Assembly: GCA_964430265.1 (NCBI GenBank)
Contig: CAYSEI010000001.1
Coordinates: 318,987-382,986 of the forward strand
Origin: an uncultured Pseudomonadales bacterium
GTDB taxonomy: Bacteria > Patescibacteriota > Microgenomatia > UBA1400 > CAYXSR01
Direction: 5' to 3'
DNA length: 64,000 nucleotides
Shown one piece after another: positions 29,962 through 39,448 of the stretch; within the stretch, counting starts at the first letter, position 1, and every line of letters begins with the position of its first letter. The translations under genes and the position numbers were made by a program. Under the pieces are notes generated by a model. That model made no database searches, was not told the origin of the DNA, and was given only the letters and a program-made list of their open reading frames with translations.

Positions 29962-31393
29962 GATTATTGCGCAAACATTCTATCATTTCTTTATGCCAGA
30001 GAAAAATATTCCCGGCACCCATGGTTAAAATTAAGCTATTTTTAAAATCTTTTTTACCTAGATAGTGACATAATTCCTTTTTTCCGGGCAAATAAACAGT
30101 CTGTGGATTATTTGCCTTTATTTTTTCGGCCAGCAATTGACCGCTGACTTCCGGGTCCTTTGCTTCCCTGGATGAACTATATATATCAACAATTATTACT
30201 TGATCCGCTGAATTAAAACTTTTACTAAACTCGTTTAAAAACTTTTTAGTGCGTGAATATGTGTGTGGTTGAAAAATGGCAATAATCTCTTTATTCTTTT
30301 CCCATTTTTTTGCAGCCTGCAAAGTTTTTTCAATTTCCATTGGATGATGCGCATAATCATCATATATAACAAGATTATTAAAACGTTTGATCAACTCAAA
30401 GCGCCTTTTAGTTCCTTTAAAACCTTCAATGCCTTTTTTAAGGCTTTGTTTGTCAATATTATTTTCCAGTCCCACTATTAAAGCGGCAGATGCATTAAGA
30501 ACATTAAATTTCCCCGGTACATTAAGTTCAATATTTTTCATTAAAATATTTTTTTCTTTACATTTTAGTGAAAAAATATTTTTTTTATTGATTTGTCGGT
30601 GTTCAATTATTTGAAAGTTACTATTCTCTGAAAATCCGTATGTAATGACATTATTTTTATTAAGTTTTTTTAAGAGCTTTTTGTTATTCTTGTTGTCAGC
30701 ACAAGCTATTATTCTGCCTTTTTCCGGCAGCTTGTCAATAAAGTTTGCAAATGCAGACAAAGTATGATCAAGATTTTTATAAACATCAGGATGATCATAC
30801 TCTATATTGGTCAAAACTATGGTCTCCGGATTTTGGTACATAAAACGCGGAGTCTTATCCTGCGGTGAAGTAAAATACTCGTCTGCCTCGGCAATAAAAT
30901 GTTTGCCGGTTGATGAATATTTACCTGGAAACCCCAGCCCAGGTATCTCCCCTACTCCTATAGCATAGCTGGGATTTAAACCTGCAAATGAAAATAAAGT
31001 ACTGATCATGGCAGTAGTAGTTGTTTTTCCTCCTACACCGCAGACTGAAATACCTTTTTTATGCTCCATTAAGCTTGCTAAAGCCTCGGCATGTGGCATT
31101 ACAGGAATATTACTATTTTTTGCGGCTTGGACTTCAATATTTTCTTCGCCTCTGTGTGCTCCGGTAAAAATGCAAAGCTCTGTATCCATTATTCTTTTTT
31201 TATCAAAACCCGGCTGGCAATCAATGTTTGCTTTGCTTAAAACAGCATCAGTCACAAAAGTTTCTTTAATATCACTACCGCTTAATTTGATTCCAATATC
31301 TTTGCAGCACAAAGCCAATGCAGTCATTCCCACACCTTTTATTCCGGTAAAATGAATTTTTTTATATTCTTTTATATTTTTCATATTTGTCAT
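29951..31393 (-). CDS. murC: UDP-N-acetylmuramate--L-alanine ligase
   Basis: HFTGIKGVGMTALA is a MurC N-terminus. Mur-ligase P-loop GVGGKTTTTAMI. Confidence 0.85.
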   Translation of the reverse strand: MTNMKNIKEYKKIHFTGIKGVGMTALALCCKDIGIKLSGSDIKETFVTDAVLSKANIDCQPGFDKKRIMDTELCIFTGAHRGEENIEVQAAKNSNIPVMPHAEALASLMEHKKGISVCGVGGKTTTTAMISTLFSFAGLNPSYAIGVGEIPGLGFPGKYSSTGKHFIAEADEYFTSPQDKTPRFMYQNPETIVLTNIEYDHPDVYKNLDHTLSAFANFIDKLPEKGRIIACADNKNNKKLLKKLNKNNVITYGFSENSNFQIIEHRQINKKNIFSLKCKEKNILMKNIELNVPGKFNVLNASAALIVGLENNIDKQSLKKGIEGFKGTKRRFELIKRFNNLVIYDDYAHHPMEIEKTLQAAKKWEKNKEIIAIFQPHTYSRTKKFLNEFSKSFNSADQVIIVDIYSSSREAKDPEVSGQLLAEKIKANNPQTVYLPGKKELCHYLGKKDFKNSLILTMGAGNIFLWHKEMIECLRNNHEY

Positions 31394-31452
31394 AATATAT
31401 TCATAATTTTTTTTATTATATTCATAATTTATTTATAATCTTTCCATAATTT

Positions 31453-32187
31453 TCATCTTAAACATGTAACAGTTGCAAACAACCCTTTTTTCTCATCAAA
31501 TTTTTTACTATTACATTTTTTACTCTTATAGTGGGAAAAAAACTGCTGGCTGCAACCTGTACAAATATTAATATCATAAATATCTACAATATTACTTTTT
31601 CTAAGTGAATTAATAATAAAACCAGGCAAATCAACTGCATATTTATCTTTTGTTTTACTTACATATTCATCCCATTCCGGAAGGTTTTTTTGAAAAACAT
31701 CAGCAAATTTATAACAGCACTTTCTAATTCCCGGTCCAATACCTGCTTGAATTGTACTAGCTTTAATCTGAAATTCATTAAGCATCTGTAAAATTGCTTT
31801 TTCAATAATATGCTGCATACAGCCTTTCCAGCCTACATGCAAAAGGGCTAAAACCTGTTTTTCAGGTGAATATAAAATTAATGGAAAACAATCAGCGCTT
31901 TTTAAAAACAAATACTCGTTTTTAATTCCGGTTATTATTCCGTCAGTCTTCTTTAAAAAATGTGTTTGCTTTTTGTTTTTTATCACTTGTACACTGCTTC
32001 CGTGTACTTGCTCCATTTCCCATAATTTTGCTTGTTTGATACCAATTGATTTGCACAACTTCTGCCTGTTTTTATTGACATTTTCTTTATCACCATAAAA
32101 AAAACTGATATTGCCATATTCACGGTTAAAAAATCCGTGAAACAAATTATTATTAATAAGCTTATCTACTTTAAATATTTTTTTCAT
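31453..32187 (-). CDS. pgeF: YfiH/PgeF-family (DUF152) peptidoglycan-editing / purine nucleoside phosphorylase-like protein
   Basis: LHVGWKG and Cys/His motifs of the Cu-oxidase_4 family. Confidence 0.65.
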   Translation of the reverse strand: MKKIFKVDKLINNNLFHGFFNREYGNISFFYGDKENVNKNRQKLCKSIGIKQAKLWEMEQVHGSSVQVIKNKKQTHFLKKTDGIITGIKNEYLFLKSADCFPLILYSPEKQVLALLHVGWKGCMQHIIEKAILQMLNEFQIKASTIQAGIGPGIRKCCYKFADVFQKNLPEWDEYVSKTKDKYAVDLPGFIINSLRKSNIVDIYDINICTGCSQQFFSHYKSKKCNSKKFDEKKGLFATVTCLR

Positions 32188-32192
32188 TCTTA

Positions 32193-32945
32193 TTAATCAT
32201 TTTTATTATTTATTAAGTAATTATTGGCTTTTTGCCATTGTTCATGTGTATTTATACCCTGAAAATATTTTTCTGAATCCAGTTTTAGTGCTGATACTTT
32301 TTGCTTTTGTTCAGCTGCAATTTGAACAGCTTCAGTTAAATAGTATTCTTTGCTTTGCGAGTTTTTTTCGATTTTGGGAAGAATTTTTTGTAAATATTTG
32401 CAGTCAAAACAATAACAGGCAGTATTAATTTCCTTAATCTTTTTTTGCTCTTTTGTTGCATGTTTTTCTTCAATAATTGCTTTTACTGTCCGGTCCCCGT
32501 TGCGGATAATCCTTCCATAACCATACGGATTGTTTTTATGCACAGTCAAAATAGTGACTTTGCTTTTTTCTTTTTTATGAAAATCGATCAAATTCTGCAG
32601 CTTTTCAAAAGGATAAAAAGCAGAATCGTCGCCATTAAGAACCAGCAGGTATTTAACATTGTCGGGTATTAAAGGTATAGCTTGTTTAACTGCATGTGCG
32701 GTTCCCAGTCTTTTTTCCTGAACAGCGTATTCAACCCTTTTCCCAAGATACTTTTTAACTGTATCCGCAGCAAAGCCAATAACTGCAATAATTTTGTTTA
32801 ATTGCAGTTTTTTTAAGGTGTCAATTGTGTAACCAATCATTGGTTTTCCGTTTAAAGGAAACATAACTTTGTTTTTTTCTTTTGCATTAATGCGTGAGCC
32901 TTTTCCGGCCGCTAAAACTACTGCTGCTACTTGTTTATTTTTCAT
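32193..32945 (-). CDS. GlmU N-terminal-like sugar-1-phosphate nucleotidyl (uridylyl) transferase, stand-alone
   Basis: VVLAAGKGSRI and LGTAHAV match the GlmU pyrophosphorylase domain. There is no LbH domain. Confidence 0.65.
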   Translation of the reverse strand: MKNKQVAAVVLAAGKGSRINAKEKNKVMFPLNGKPMIGYTIDTLKKLQLNKIIAVIGFAADTVKKYLGKRVEYAVQEKRLGTAHAVKQAIPLIPDNVKYLLVLNGDDSAFYPFEKLQNLIDFHKKEKSKVTILTVHKNNPYGYGRIIRNGDRTVKAIIEEKHATKEQKKIKEINTACYCFDCKYLQKILPKIEKNSQSKEYYLTEAVQIAAEQKQKVSALKLDSEKYFQGINTHEQWQKANNYLINNKND

Positions 32946-34219
32946 AAATCCACTTTCCTTTTATCAATAATTTTATGTTTGTTTTTAACTACTTTGTATT
33001 TAGTGTTTTCCGGCTTGATAAACCGGCCGTCTTTTAAATCTTTATCCAAAACCATTCCCGGAGAAACAAAACAATCCTGTCCTATTTTAATACCGGGCAT
33101 AGTGCTGGTGTTTACACCAACGCGTGTATTTTTTCCAATAATTGCTCCCATCTTGTTTCTTTTATTTACAATTGGTTTTTCATCAAGTCTGAGGTTGGCT
33201 GTTACAGATCCTGACCCAAAACTCACATTATTATCAATCACAGAATCGCCAATATAGTTGCGGTGAAACCAGCAATTTTTACCAACCCAGCTTCTGGCAA
33301 TTTCAGTATTGCTGCCTACAACTGAACCGGATTCTACGATTGATTCCCGGATCAGAGCATTATTTCCCACTACTGAATTAGGTCCAATATATACAGGACC
33401 TTTAATAACAGCGCCTTCATAGATGCGTACGTTTTCTGCAATATAAACTTTACCGGAGACAATAACGTTTGCGGGTATTTTTGGTTTAATTTCTTTTTTT
33501 AAATAGTTGTCAAAAAAATATTGCATCATATCCAAAACATGTTGCGGGTATTTTAAACACTCCCAGGTTCCTTTGTATTTAACAAAATCAAACTCAACTC
33601 CTGTTTTCATTAAATCATCCATTGCCTTTTCATACAAATCATCTTTCTGAGTTTTACTCTTTTTTAGCTGTTTTAGGATTAATTGGCTGTTTTTGTAATA
33701 ATGAACAACTAAATTTACCAGATTGCTGGGTTGCTTTCCCTTTCCTGGCTTTTCAACAATTTCTATTACCTTATTATTTTTAATTTTTAAATATCCTCCG
33801 GGAAAATATCCATTCATTTCATATCCGGGCACAATTGCTTGGGGATCTTTCTTATTAATTAAATCAAGGATTTTAAGAAAAAGTTTTTTGTCAAAAATAT
33901 CGGCTGAGTTAAGAACCAGAAGAGAATTATTAATATTCTCAGAAGCTTTAATAATTGCATCTCCCATTCCTTTGGGTTTGTCTTGAACAACTGTTTTAAT
34001 GGATAAATTATTAAAATTATTTTTTAAGCTTGAGATTGTTTTGCAATTATTCTTGTTACAAACAATACAGATGTTTTCAAAACCCAATTGCTCAAGTAAA
34101 TCAAGCTGGTAATAAATTAGGGGTTTACCCAAAAAAGGGAAAATACTCTTGTCATAAGACAAAGGCTTGAATCTTTTTCCTATTCCTCCTGCTAAAATCA
34201 AGACTGTAGGTTTAGCCAT
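32942..34219 (-). CDS. Bifunctional-type sugar-1-phosphate nucleotidyltransferase with C-terminal left-handed beta-helix (acetyltransferase)
   Basis: LILAGGIGKRFKP nucleotidyltransferase N-domain. C-terminal hexapeptide repeats (GPVYIGPNSVVGNNALI...). The architecture resembles archaeal/ST0452-type GlmU. Confidence 0.65.
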   Translation of the reverse strand: MAKPTVLILAGGIGKRFKPLSYDKSIFPFLGKPLIYYQLDLLEQLGFENICIVCNKNNCKTISSLKNNFNNLSIKTVVQDKPKGMGDAIIKASENINNSLLVLNSADIFDKKLFLKILDLINKKDPQAIVPGYEMNGYFPGGYLKIKNNKVIEIVEKPGKGKQPSNLVNLVVHYYKNSQLILKQLKKSKTQKDDLYEKAMDDLMKTGVEFDFVKYKGTWECLKYPQHVLDMMQYFFDNYLKKEIKPKIPANVIVSGKVYIAENVRIYEGAVIKGPVYIGPNSVVGNNALIRESIVESGSVVGSNTEIARSWVGKNCWFHRNYIGDSVIDNNVSFGSGSVTANLRLDEKPIVNKRNKMGAIIGKNTRVGVNTSTMPGIKIGQDCFVSPGMVLDKDLKDGRFIKPENTKYKVVKNKHKIIDKRKVDL

Positions 34220-35522
34220 TATTTTTTAAAACTTTTTTAACAGCTTCTAAATCAGACCAGGAATGCTCGGTTCTACCAATACAAAGAGACTCTTCATGTC
34301 CTTTTCCAAGGATAGCAACAATATCATCTTTTTTTGCAATTTGATTAATTGCTATTTCAATAGCTTTCTGCCTGTCATTTTCTTTAATTACTTTGTCTTT
34401 ATTTTTACAGCCTGTTAATATCTGCTGATTGATCTTATTCAAATCTTCTGTGCGCGGATCTTCTGCTGTCAATACAATTTCGTCAGCTATTTTGCAGGCG
34501 ATTTTTCCCATTTCCGGCCGTTTATGCTTATCCCTTAATCCGGCACAGCCAAAAACAACAATTAAATTATTGGGATGATATGTGTTTTTTAAAGTGAGCA
34601 AAGCATTTTCCATTGCATTAGGTGTATGAGCAAAATCAATAAAAATCTTAAAATCCTTATTTGTTTTAACTTCTTGCATCCGGCCTTCTATTCCCTGAAA
34701 ATCCTTGACACCTTTTTTAATTAAATTCTTATCAATACCTAAAGCTTTAGCAATTCCAATAGCAGCCAAAATATTGGAAACATTAAACTTACCAATCAAA
34801 CTGGTTTGAATTTCCTGTTTTTCTTTTGACCCAAATTTGTCTTGGTAAGTATATTCAAAACTTGTAATGGCTTTACCTAGCTGGATATTATCGGCTGTAA
34901 CATTTGCTTTTTGATTCAGGCTGTAGCTAATAATTTCTCCCTTTTTTATTCTTTGTAAGTATTCAAAAGACTTATCATCCTTGTTTAAAATTTTATAATT
35001 AACATTTTTAAACAATTTTGCTTTGGCTTTAAGATATTTTACCCATGTTTTATGGTAATCCAGATGTTCTTTAGTAACATTGGTAATTGCGGCAATATCA
35101 AAACTAACACCAAAAACCCGGTTCTGCGCCAGGCCATGTGAGGTTACTTCCAAAAGCACAAAATCCAACTTGTTATTAACAGACTCTCTTAAAAGACTTT
35201 GCAGTTTCCATGGATTGGGATTGGTAACGTGTAAACCGGTTGCTACTTTTTTATTTCCGATTGAAGCAGAAACTGTTGTAATTAGCCCAACTTTTTTACC
35301 TGCTTTTTTTAGAATATCTGCGATCAAAGTTGCTGTAGTAGTTTTACCGTCAGTTCCGGTAACTCCAATAATTTTTAGTTTACGGCTGGGAAACCGGTAA
35401 ACAAGGGTAGCTAAAAAAGCCAATGGCAGGTGCCAAAAAATATTAACAAGCTTATTGGGCAATATATTTCTAAGCCATCTGACCAAAAAGAAATGTCTAA
35501 GTCCTTTTAAACAAATTTTCAT
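34212..35522 (-). CDS. murE: UDP-MurNAc-L-Ala-D-Glu--diamino acid ligase
   Basis: Mur-ligase P-loop IIGVTGTDGKTTTATLI. It sits at the murE position downstream of ftsI. Confidence 0.8.
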   Translation of the reverse strand: MKICLKGLRHFFLVRWLRNILPNKLVNIFWHLPLAFLATLVYRFPSRKLKIIGVTGTDGKTTTATLIADILKKAGKKVGLITTVSASIGNKKVATGLHVTNPNPWKLQSLLRESVNNKLDFVLLEVTSHGLAQNRVFGVSFDIAAITNVTKEHLDYHKTWVKYLKAKAKLFKNVNYKILNKDDKSFEYLQRIKKGEIISYSLNQKANVTADNIQLGKAITSFEYTYQDKFGSKEKQEIQTSLIGKFNVSNILAAIGIAKALGIDKNLIKKGVKDFQGIEGRMQEVKTNKDFKIFIDFAHTPNAMENALLTLKNTYHPNNLIVVFGCAGLRDKHKRPEMGKIACKIADEIVLTAEDPRTEDLNKINQQILTGCKNKDKVIKENDRQKAIEIAINQIAKKDDIVAILGKGHEESLCIGRTEHSWSDLEAVKKVLKNNG

Positions 35523-35543
35523 AAGATGTATTATAACAAATTA

Positions 35544-37337
35544 TTATCTTGGTTGTATCTTATAATGATGCAAAAGTTTTTGTGCAATCTGAAAAAACAA
35601 AGGTGCAGCGGTTTCCGAACCCCATGGAGATGAACTCGGTTCCCTTAAAGTAACCAGCATAGTAAACTTAGGATTGTAAGCCGGTGCAAAACCGACAAAA
35701 GAAGCAATAGTTTTTTCTTCATCATAATGACCGGAAACAGGTATTTGCGCTGTTCCTGTTTTTCCTGCTACTTGATAATCTTTTAAATTAACCCATTTGG
35801 AATCACCTTTCTCAACTGCAGCTACCATCATTTCTTTTGCTTGCGCTGCGGCTTTTTTACTAATTACTCTTTTTAGCTTACTGGGTTGGATATCAACTGA
35901 TTCTCTGCCATTATCAAATGCGTCAACAACCTGTGGTTCATAAATTATACCGCCGCTAGCAATTGCATTAACAGCATTTATCATTTGCATCCGGGTTACT
36001 GCAATACCCTGGCCAAAGCTTGCTGTAGCTAAATCAATTTTGCTCCACTCTTTTTTCGGACGCATATATGCAGCAACTTCTTCTTGTAAATCTATCCCGG
36101 TTTTTTCTCCCAGGCCAAAATCTTCTAAGTACCTGTACAATCGATCAATTCCCAATTTTTGCCCCACATATACCATCCCTGTATTGTCCGAGTTAACAAT
36201 TACATCCGTCATTGTTGAATTAGGATGATATTCTTCGTTCCATGTTTTAATTTGGTATTTATCAATTTCAACTGGCCCGTCACAAATTGGACATTTTGTT
36301 TCAGGACTTATCAGCTTTTCATTCAAAGCTGATGCCATTACCAGCACTTTAAATATTGATCCTGGTTCATAAGCCTCTGCAATAACAGGATTTTTAAAAA
36401 CACCCTTTTCTGCTTGGTAATATTTATTAGGATCATATCTGGGGATTGAACTCATTGCCAGAACAGCACCGGTTTTTGATTCCATTACTACAACTGAACC
36501 GGATTTAGCACCGTATTTTTCAATACCTTCTTTTAAATATTTAGATACAATGTATTGAACTGAGCGATCTAAATGTAATTTCAAATCCTGTCCGTCAATT
36601 TTTTCTTGTGTATTAAATCCACCCATTAATATAGGTTGGTTGACTGCATCTTTTTCTTCATTAATAATTCCCGGCCTGCCGCGCATTTCAAGATCATAAA
36701 AACCTTCCAAACCAAAATATCCCACAGGCTGACCTTCTTTGTCCTTGCCTAAAAATCCTAATAGATGTGCTGACATTGAAGCTTCCGGATAAAAACGTGA
36801 GCTTTCTTCTTCAAATCCTAGTCCTTTAATATCCATTTTTTCAACTTGGTCTTTTTGTTCGGGAGTAAGTTGATGTTTTAAAGCTGCCCAGACAATATCT
36901 TTTTGTGACAAACGCTCTTCAAGAATTTTTTCAAGCTCTTGAATTCCTTTTTCTTTTAATTCCTCAATTATTTTTTCTTTTTCCAGGTTTAATTTGGCTG
37001 TATCCGAAGAAGAACTAGCTTCCAAATCAATATCTAATTTTTCACTGAAAATTACAGGAGCAATCTTTTCTGCAATTTTGTTTGGACTTTGTTCAATTTT
37101 TTCCAATGAAGCATATAAAAGATAAGAAAGCTTGTTTGCTGATAAAGGAAATCCGTCTTTACTAATTATTTCTCCCCTGGATGCAGGGATTTTCCTCTCC
37201 ACATTATATTGGCCGTATGCAATTTGCGCTAGTTGATCCCTTTTTAATACCTGCCAGTAAAACAAGCGAAAGCTTAATAAGCCGGTAAAAAGCAGAAAAA
37301 AAAGCAAAACTATTCTGATCCGCCATTTTATATCCAT
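35544..37337 (-). CDS. ftsI: Penicillin-binding protein (class B transpeptidase) FtsI/PBP2
   Basis: N-terminal TM helix. SxxK (GSIFKV), SDN and KTGTA transpeptidase motifs. Confidence 0.85.
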   Translation of the reverse strand: MDIKWRIRIVLLFFLLFTGLLSFRLFYWQVLKRDQLAQIAYGQYNVERKIPASRGEIISKDGFPLSANKLSYLLYASLEKIEQSPNKIAEKIAPVIFSEKLDIDLEASSSSDTAKLNLEKEKIIEELKEKGIQELEKILEERLSQKDIVWAALKHQLTPEQKDQVEKMDIKGLGFEEESSRFYPEASMSAHLLGFLGKDKEGQPVGYFGLEGFYDLEMRGRPGIINEEKDAVNQPILMGGFNTQEKIDGQDLKLHLDRSVQYIVSKYLKEGIEKYGAKSGSVVVMESKTGAVLAMSSIPRYDPNKYYQAEKGVFKNPVIAEAYEPGSIFKVLVMASALNEKLISPETKCPICDGPVEIDKYQIKTWNEEYHPNSTMTDVIVNSDNTGMVYVGQKLGIDRLYRYLEDFGLGEKTGIDLQEEVAAYMRPKKEWSKIDLATASFGQGIAVTRMQMINAVNAIASGGIIYEPQVVDAFDNGRESVDIQPSKLKRVISKKAAAQAKEMMVAAVEKGDSKWVNLKDYQVAGKTGTAQIPVSGHYDEEKTIASFVGFAPAYNPKFTMLVTLREPSSSPWGSETAAPLFFQIAQKLLHHYKIQPR

Positions 37338-37338
37338 A

Positions 37339-37656
37339 TTAAGGATTCAAAGCCACAGGGACTTTGGGAGTTAAATTTAATACTTCCGGATTGTCCACAA
37401 ATCCTTTTTTCTTGGCAAGAGCTTCCAAAGAACCTAAGTTTCTTTGGGAGATTAACTTGGTTTTAAGTTTTTTGTTTTCTTCTTCCAGTGTTGCAGATTG
37501 TTTTTCAATTTTTCCCAGTTTTTCTCCCCAACCTGCTAGACGGTTGCATAAATACATTTGACTCAAGCCTAGACATAAAAGAACAAGGATTAAGATTAGA
37601 AAAATGTAGTTTTTCTTTGGTTTATTTAGTTTTTTGTTAATTCTTTTTTTATTCAT
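37339..37656 (-). CDS. ftsL: Cell division protein FtsL-like
   Basis: 105-aa bitopic protein (TM helix plus coiled coil) between rsmH and ftsI. Confidence 0.6.
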   Translation of the reverse strand: MNKKRINKKLNKPKKNYIFLILILVLLCLGLSQMYLCNRLAGWGEKLGKIEKQSATLEEENKKLKTKLISQRNLGSLEALAKKKGFVDNPEVLNLTPKVPVALNP

Positions 37657-38582
37657 ATTTTTTCTGCTGCTCGTAATTTAGCACTTCTGGCGCGGTTGTT
37701 TTTAATAATTTCTTTCCTGTCAGCACGAACCGGTTTCTTTGTTAGTTCTTTTAACTCTTTTTCGTTTCTAAAAAACTGCTTGACGATTCTGTCCTCACCT
37801 TCATGAAAACTGATAACCACTAGTCTGCCTTCTTTTTTTAAAACCTCAACTGCCTGCGGTAAAGCTTTTTTTAAATTCTCAAGTTCTTTGTTTACATATA
37901 TTCTTAAAGCTTGAAATACTTTTGTTGCCGGGTGCAGTCTACCTCTTCTTTTGTGTTCTTGTTTATATACCCCTTTAATCAATTCAGCCAGTTGCCCGGT
38001 AGTTTTAATTGGTTGCTTTTCTCGCTCTCGAACAATAGCTTCAGCAATGGGCAAAGAAAGCTCTTCTCCGCCAAATTTAGCAAAAATTTCATAAAGATCC
38101 TCCTTGTTTAAATTATTAACAATCTCTTGGGCTGATCTACCCTGCTGCGGGTTCATCCGCATGTCCAAATCTGCGTCTTTGTTAAAGGAGAATCCCCGGT
38201 TTTTGGATTCTAGTTGATGGGAGGAGACCCCTAAATCAAAAAGGATTCCGTTGAATGTCTGCACATTCATTTGCTTGCTTTCTTCTTCTACTGCCTGCTT
38301 AAGCTCAGCAAAGTTAGCCTGCTTAATCAAATAAGAATTGGAATTATAGCTTTGGGATAAATGCTTTTTTGAATAAGCAACAGCTTCAGGATCTTGATCA
38401 ATCCCCAAAACCCTTCCTCCTTTATTTAGGATTGCAGTAGTGTGGCCTCCTCCACCAACTGTAGCGTCAAGGTAGTTATGTCCCGGCTTGACGTCTAAAT
38501 ATTGTAATGTCTCTTGTAATAATACTGGTGTGTGATAATCAGATGTTGATTTCAAGTTCTGTAATTCTTTCTGCGATTTCAT
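37653..38582 (-). CDS. rsmH: 16S rRNA (cytosine1402-N4)-methyltransferase RsmH/MraW; start probably ATG at 38580-38582
   Basis: HTPVLLQE and DATVGGGGHT are RsmH motifs. The track start at 38663 is a TTG that would overlap mraZ by 125 nt. Confidence 0.8.
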   Translation of the reverse strand: MKSQKELQNLKSTSDYHTPVLLQETLQYLDVKPGHNYLDATVGGGGHTTAILNKGGRVLGIDQDPEAVAYSKKHLSQSYNSNSYLIKQANFAELKQAVEEESKQMNVQTFNGILFDLGVSSHQLESKNRGFSFNKDADLDMRMNPQQGRSAQEIVNNLNKEDLYEIFAKFGGEELSLPIAEAIVREREKQPIKTTGQLAELIKGVYKQEHKRRGRLHPATKVFQALRIYVNKELENLKKALPQAVEVLKKEGRLVVISFHEGEDRIVKQFFRNEKELKELTKKPVRADRKEIIKNNRARSAKLRAAEKI

Positions 38583-38976
38583 CGCTGTCTTTTTCCAATC
38601 TATCCTGATATTTGTCAAATTTATTTCCATCCCAGATTTCAATTCTTTCCAAGCTTCCGGCAACTATTACTTTTTCACTTAATCCGGCAAAATTACGTAA
38701 AACCTCAGGAATCAAAATTCTTCCTTGGGCATCAAATTCCACTTCAAAAGCTTCATAACTTAAAAGTCTGACAAAAGAACGTGCATCACTGCTAGTTAAC
38801 GGTGTTTGATTAAGCTTGGAAGCAATCTCTTCCCACTTGGCTTTAGGAAATAAAAAGAGACAGCCGTCTAATCCTCTTGTGATTACAGCCGTCTTTGATA
38901 GATTTTTACGAAATTCTTTGGGAACTGCCATTCGGCCTTTAGTTCCTAAAGATCGTTTGTATATTCCAATAAACAT
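38539..38976 (-). CDS. mraZ: Transcriptional regulator MraZ
   Basis: MFIGIYKRSLGTKGRMAVPKEFR aligns with the MraZ N-terminus. Duplicated SpoVT/AbrB-like halves. Confidence 0.85.
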   Translation of the reverse strand: MFIGIYKRSLGTKGRMAVPKEFRKNLSKTAVITRGLDGCLFLFPKAKWEEIASKLNQTPLTSSDARSFVRLLSYEAFEVEFDAQGRILIPEVLRNFAGLSEKVIVAGSLERIEIWDGNKFDKYQDRLEKDSDEIAERITELEINI

Positions 38977-38981
38977 TTATT

Positions 38982-39008
38982 CCCCACTTTTCACCACTAC
39001 CTACCATT
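38982..39008 (-). promoter_or_regulatory. Putative MraZ operator: three TGGNN direct repeats at 10-bp spacing
   Basis: The minus strand reads TGGTAGGTAG TGGTGAAAAG TGGGGAATAA ATG, matching the MraZ DR consensus TGGGN phased by one helical turn. An upstream TTGACA lies at 39029-39034 (minus). Confidence 0.45.
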
Positions 39009-39128
39009 CTTATATATTTACACACGGTTGTCAAGGAGCAATTTAAGAGGAAATTTAGCAATTTCACCACTATGATATTTTTTGTGAAAATAATTAAAGA
39101 TTTTTTTGTTAAAAAGAAACAGAATAAT

Positions 39129-39157
39129 TTGCATGAAACTAAAAAATGGATTAAAAT
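39129..39157 (+). promoter_or_regulatory. Sigma70-type promoter for the plus-strand small-protein operon (TTGCAT-N17-TAAAAT)
   Basis: TTGCAT at 39129-39134 and TAAAAT at 39152-39157. It is divergent from the mraZ promoter. Confidence 0.55.
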
Positions 39158-39189
39158 AGTTTTAAGCTTCTGCCCGGAAAGGTAAACAA

Positions 39190-39420
39190 ATGTCAACATC
39201 TATTGGAGAGATTTTTAAAGAAACTTCAGTTGGTCAAGAATTTTATTTCACTTCAGCTCCCGATTCCCTATTTTTTATTAAAGACATACTTGAACGAGAC
39301 GGAGAAATCATTGGCTACCACATTGGAAGATATGAACAAAGTGGTATGCCAATTTATTTTTTAGGCAGATCAGTTGAATTTAAATGCGGACAAATTGATT
39401 TAATGGAAGAAATTATTTAA
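39190..39420 (+). CDS. Small acidic hypothetical protein A (76 aa)
   Basis: SD AAAGG 7 nt upstream of the ATG. No known motif. Paralogous to the next ORF (shared MS.T..EIF N-terminus and EQS.GM...DG...E.IDEE core). Confidence 0.5.
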   Translation: MSTSIGEIFKETSVGQEFYFTSAPDSLFFIKDILERDGEIIGYHIGRYEQSGMPIYFLGRSVEFKCGQIDLMEEII

Positions 39421-39448
39421 TAAAGTTGCCTATTTAGAAAGGAAATTT

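Noticed and set aside
31008-31355. 115-aa plus-strand ORF antisense to murC
   Set aside because: Nested antisense ORF with no SD and a hydrophobic low-complexity translation. murC on the minus strand has clear Mur-ligase motifs.
38583-38663. ORF-track N-terminal extension of rsmH overlapping mraZ by 125 nt
   Set aside because: The extension starts at a TTG with no SD. The internal ATG (MKSQ...) places the conserved HTPVLL motif at the usual distance from the N-terminus and removes the overlap.
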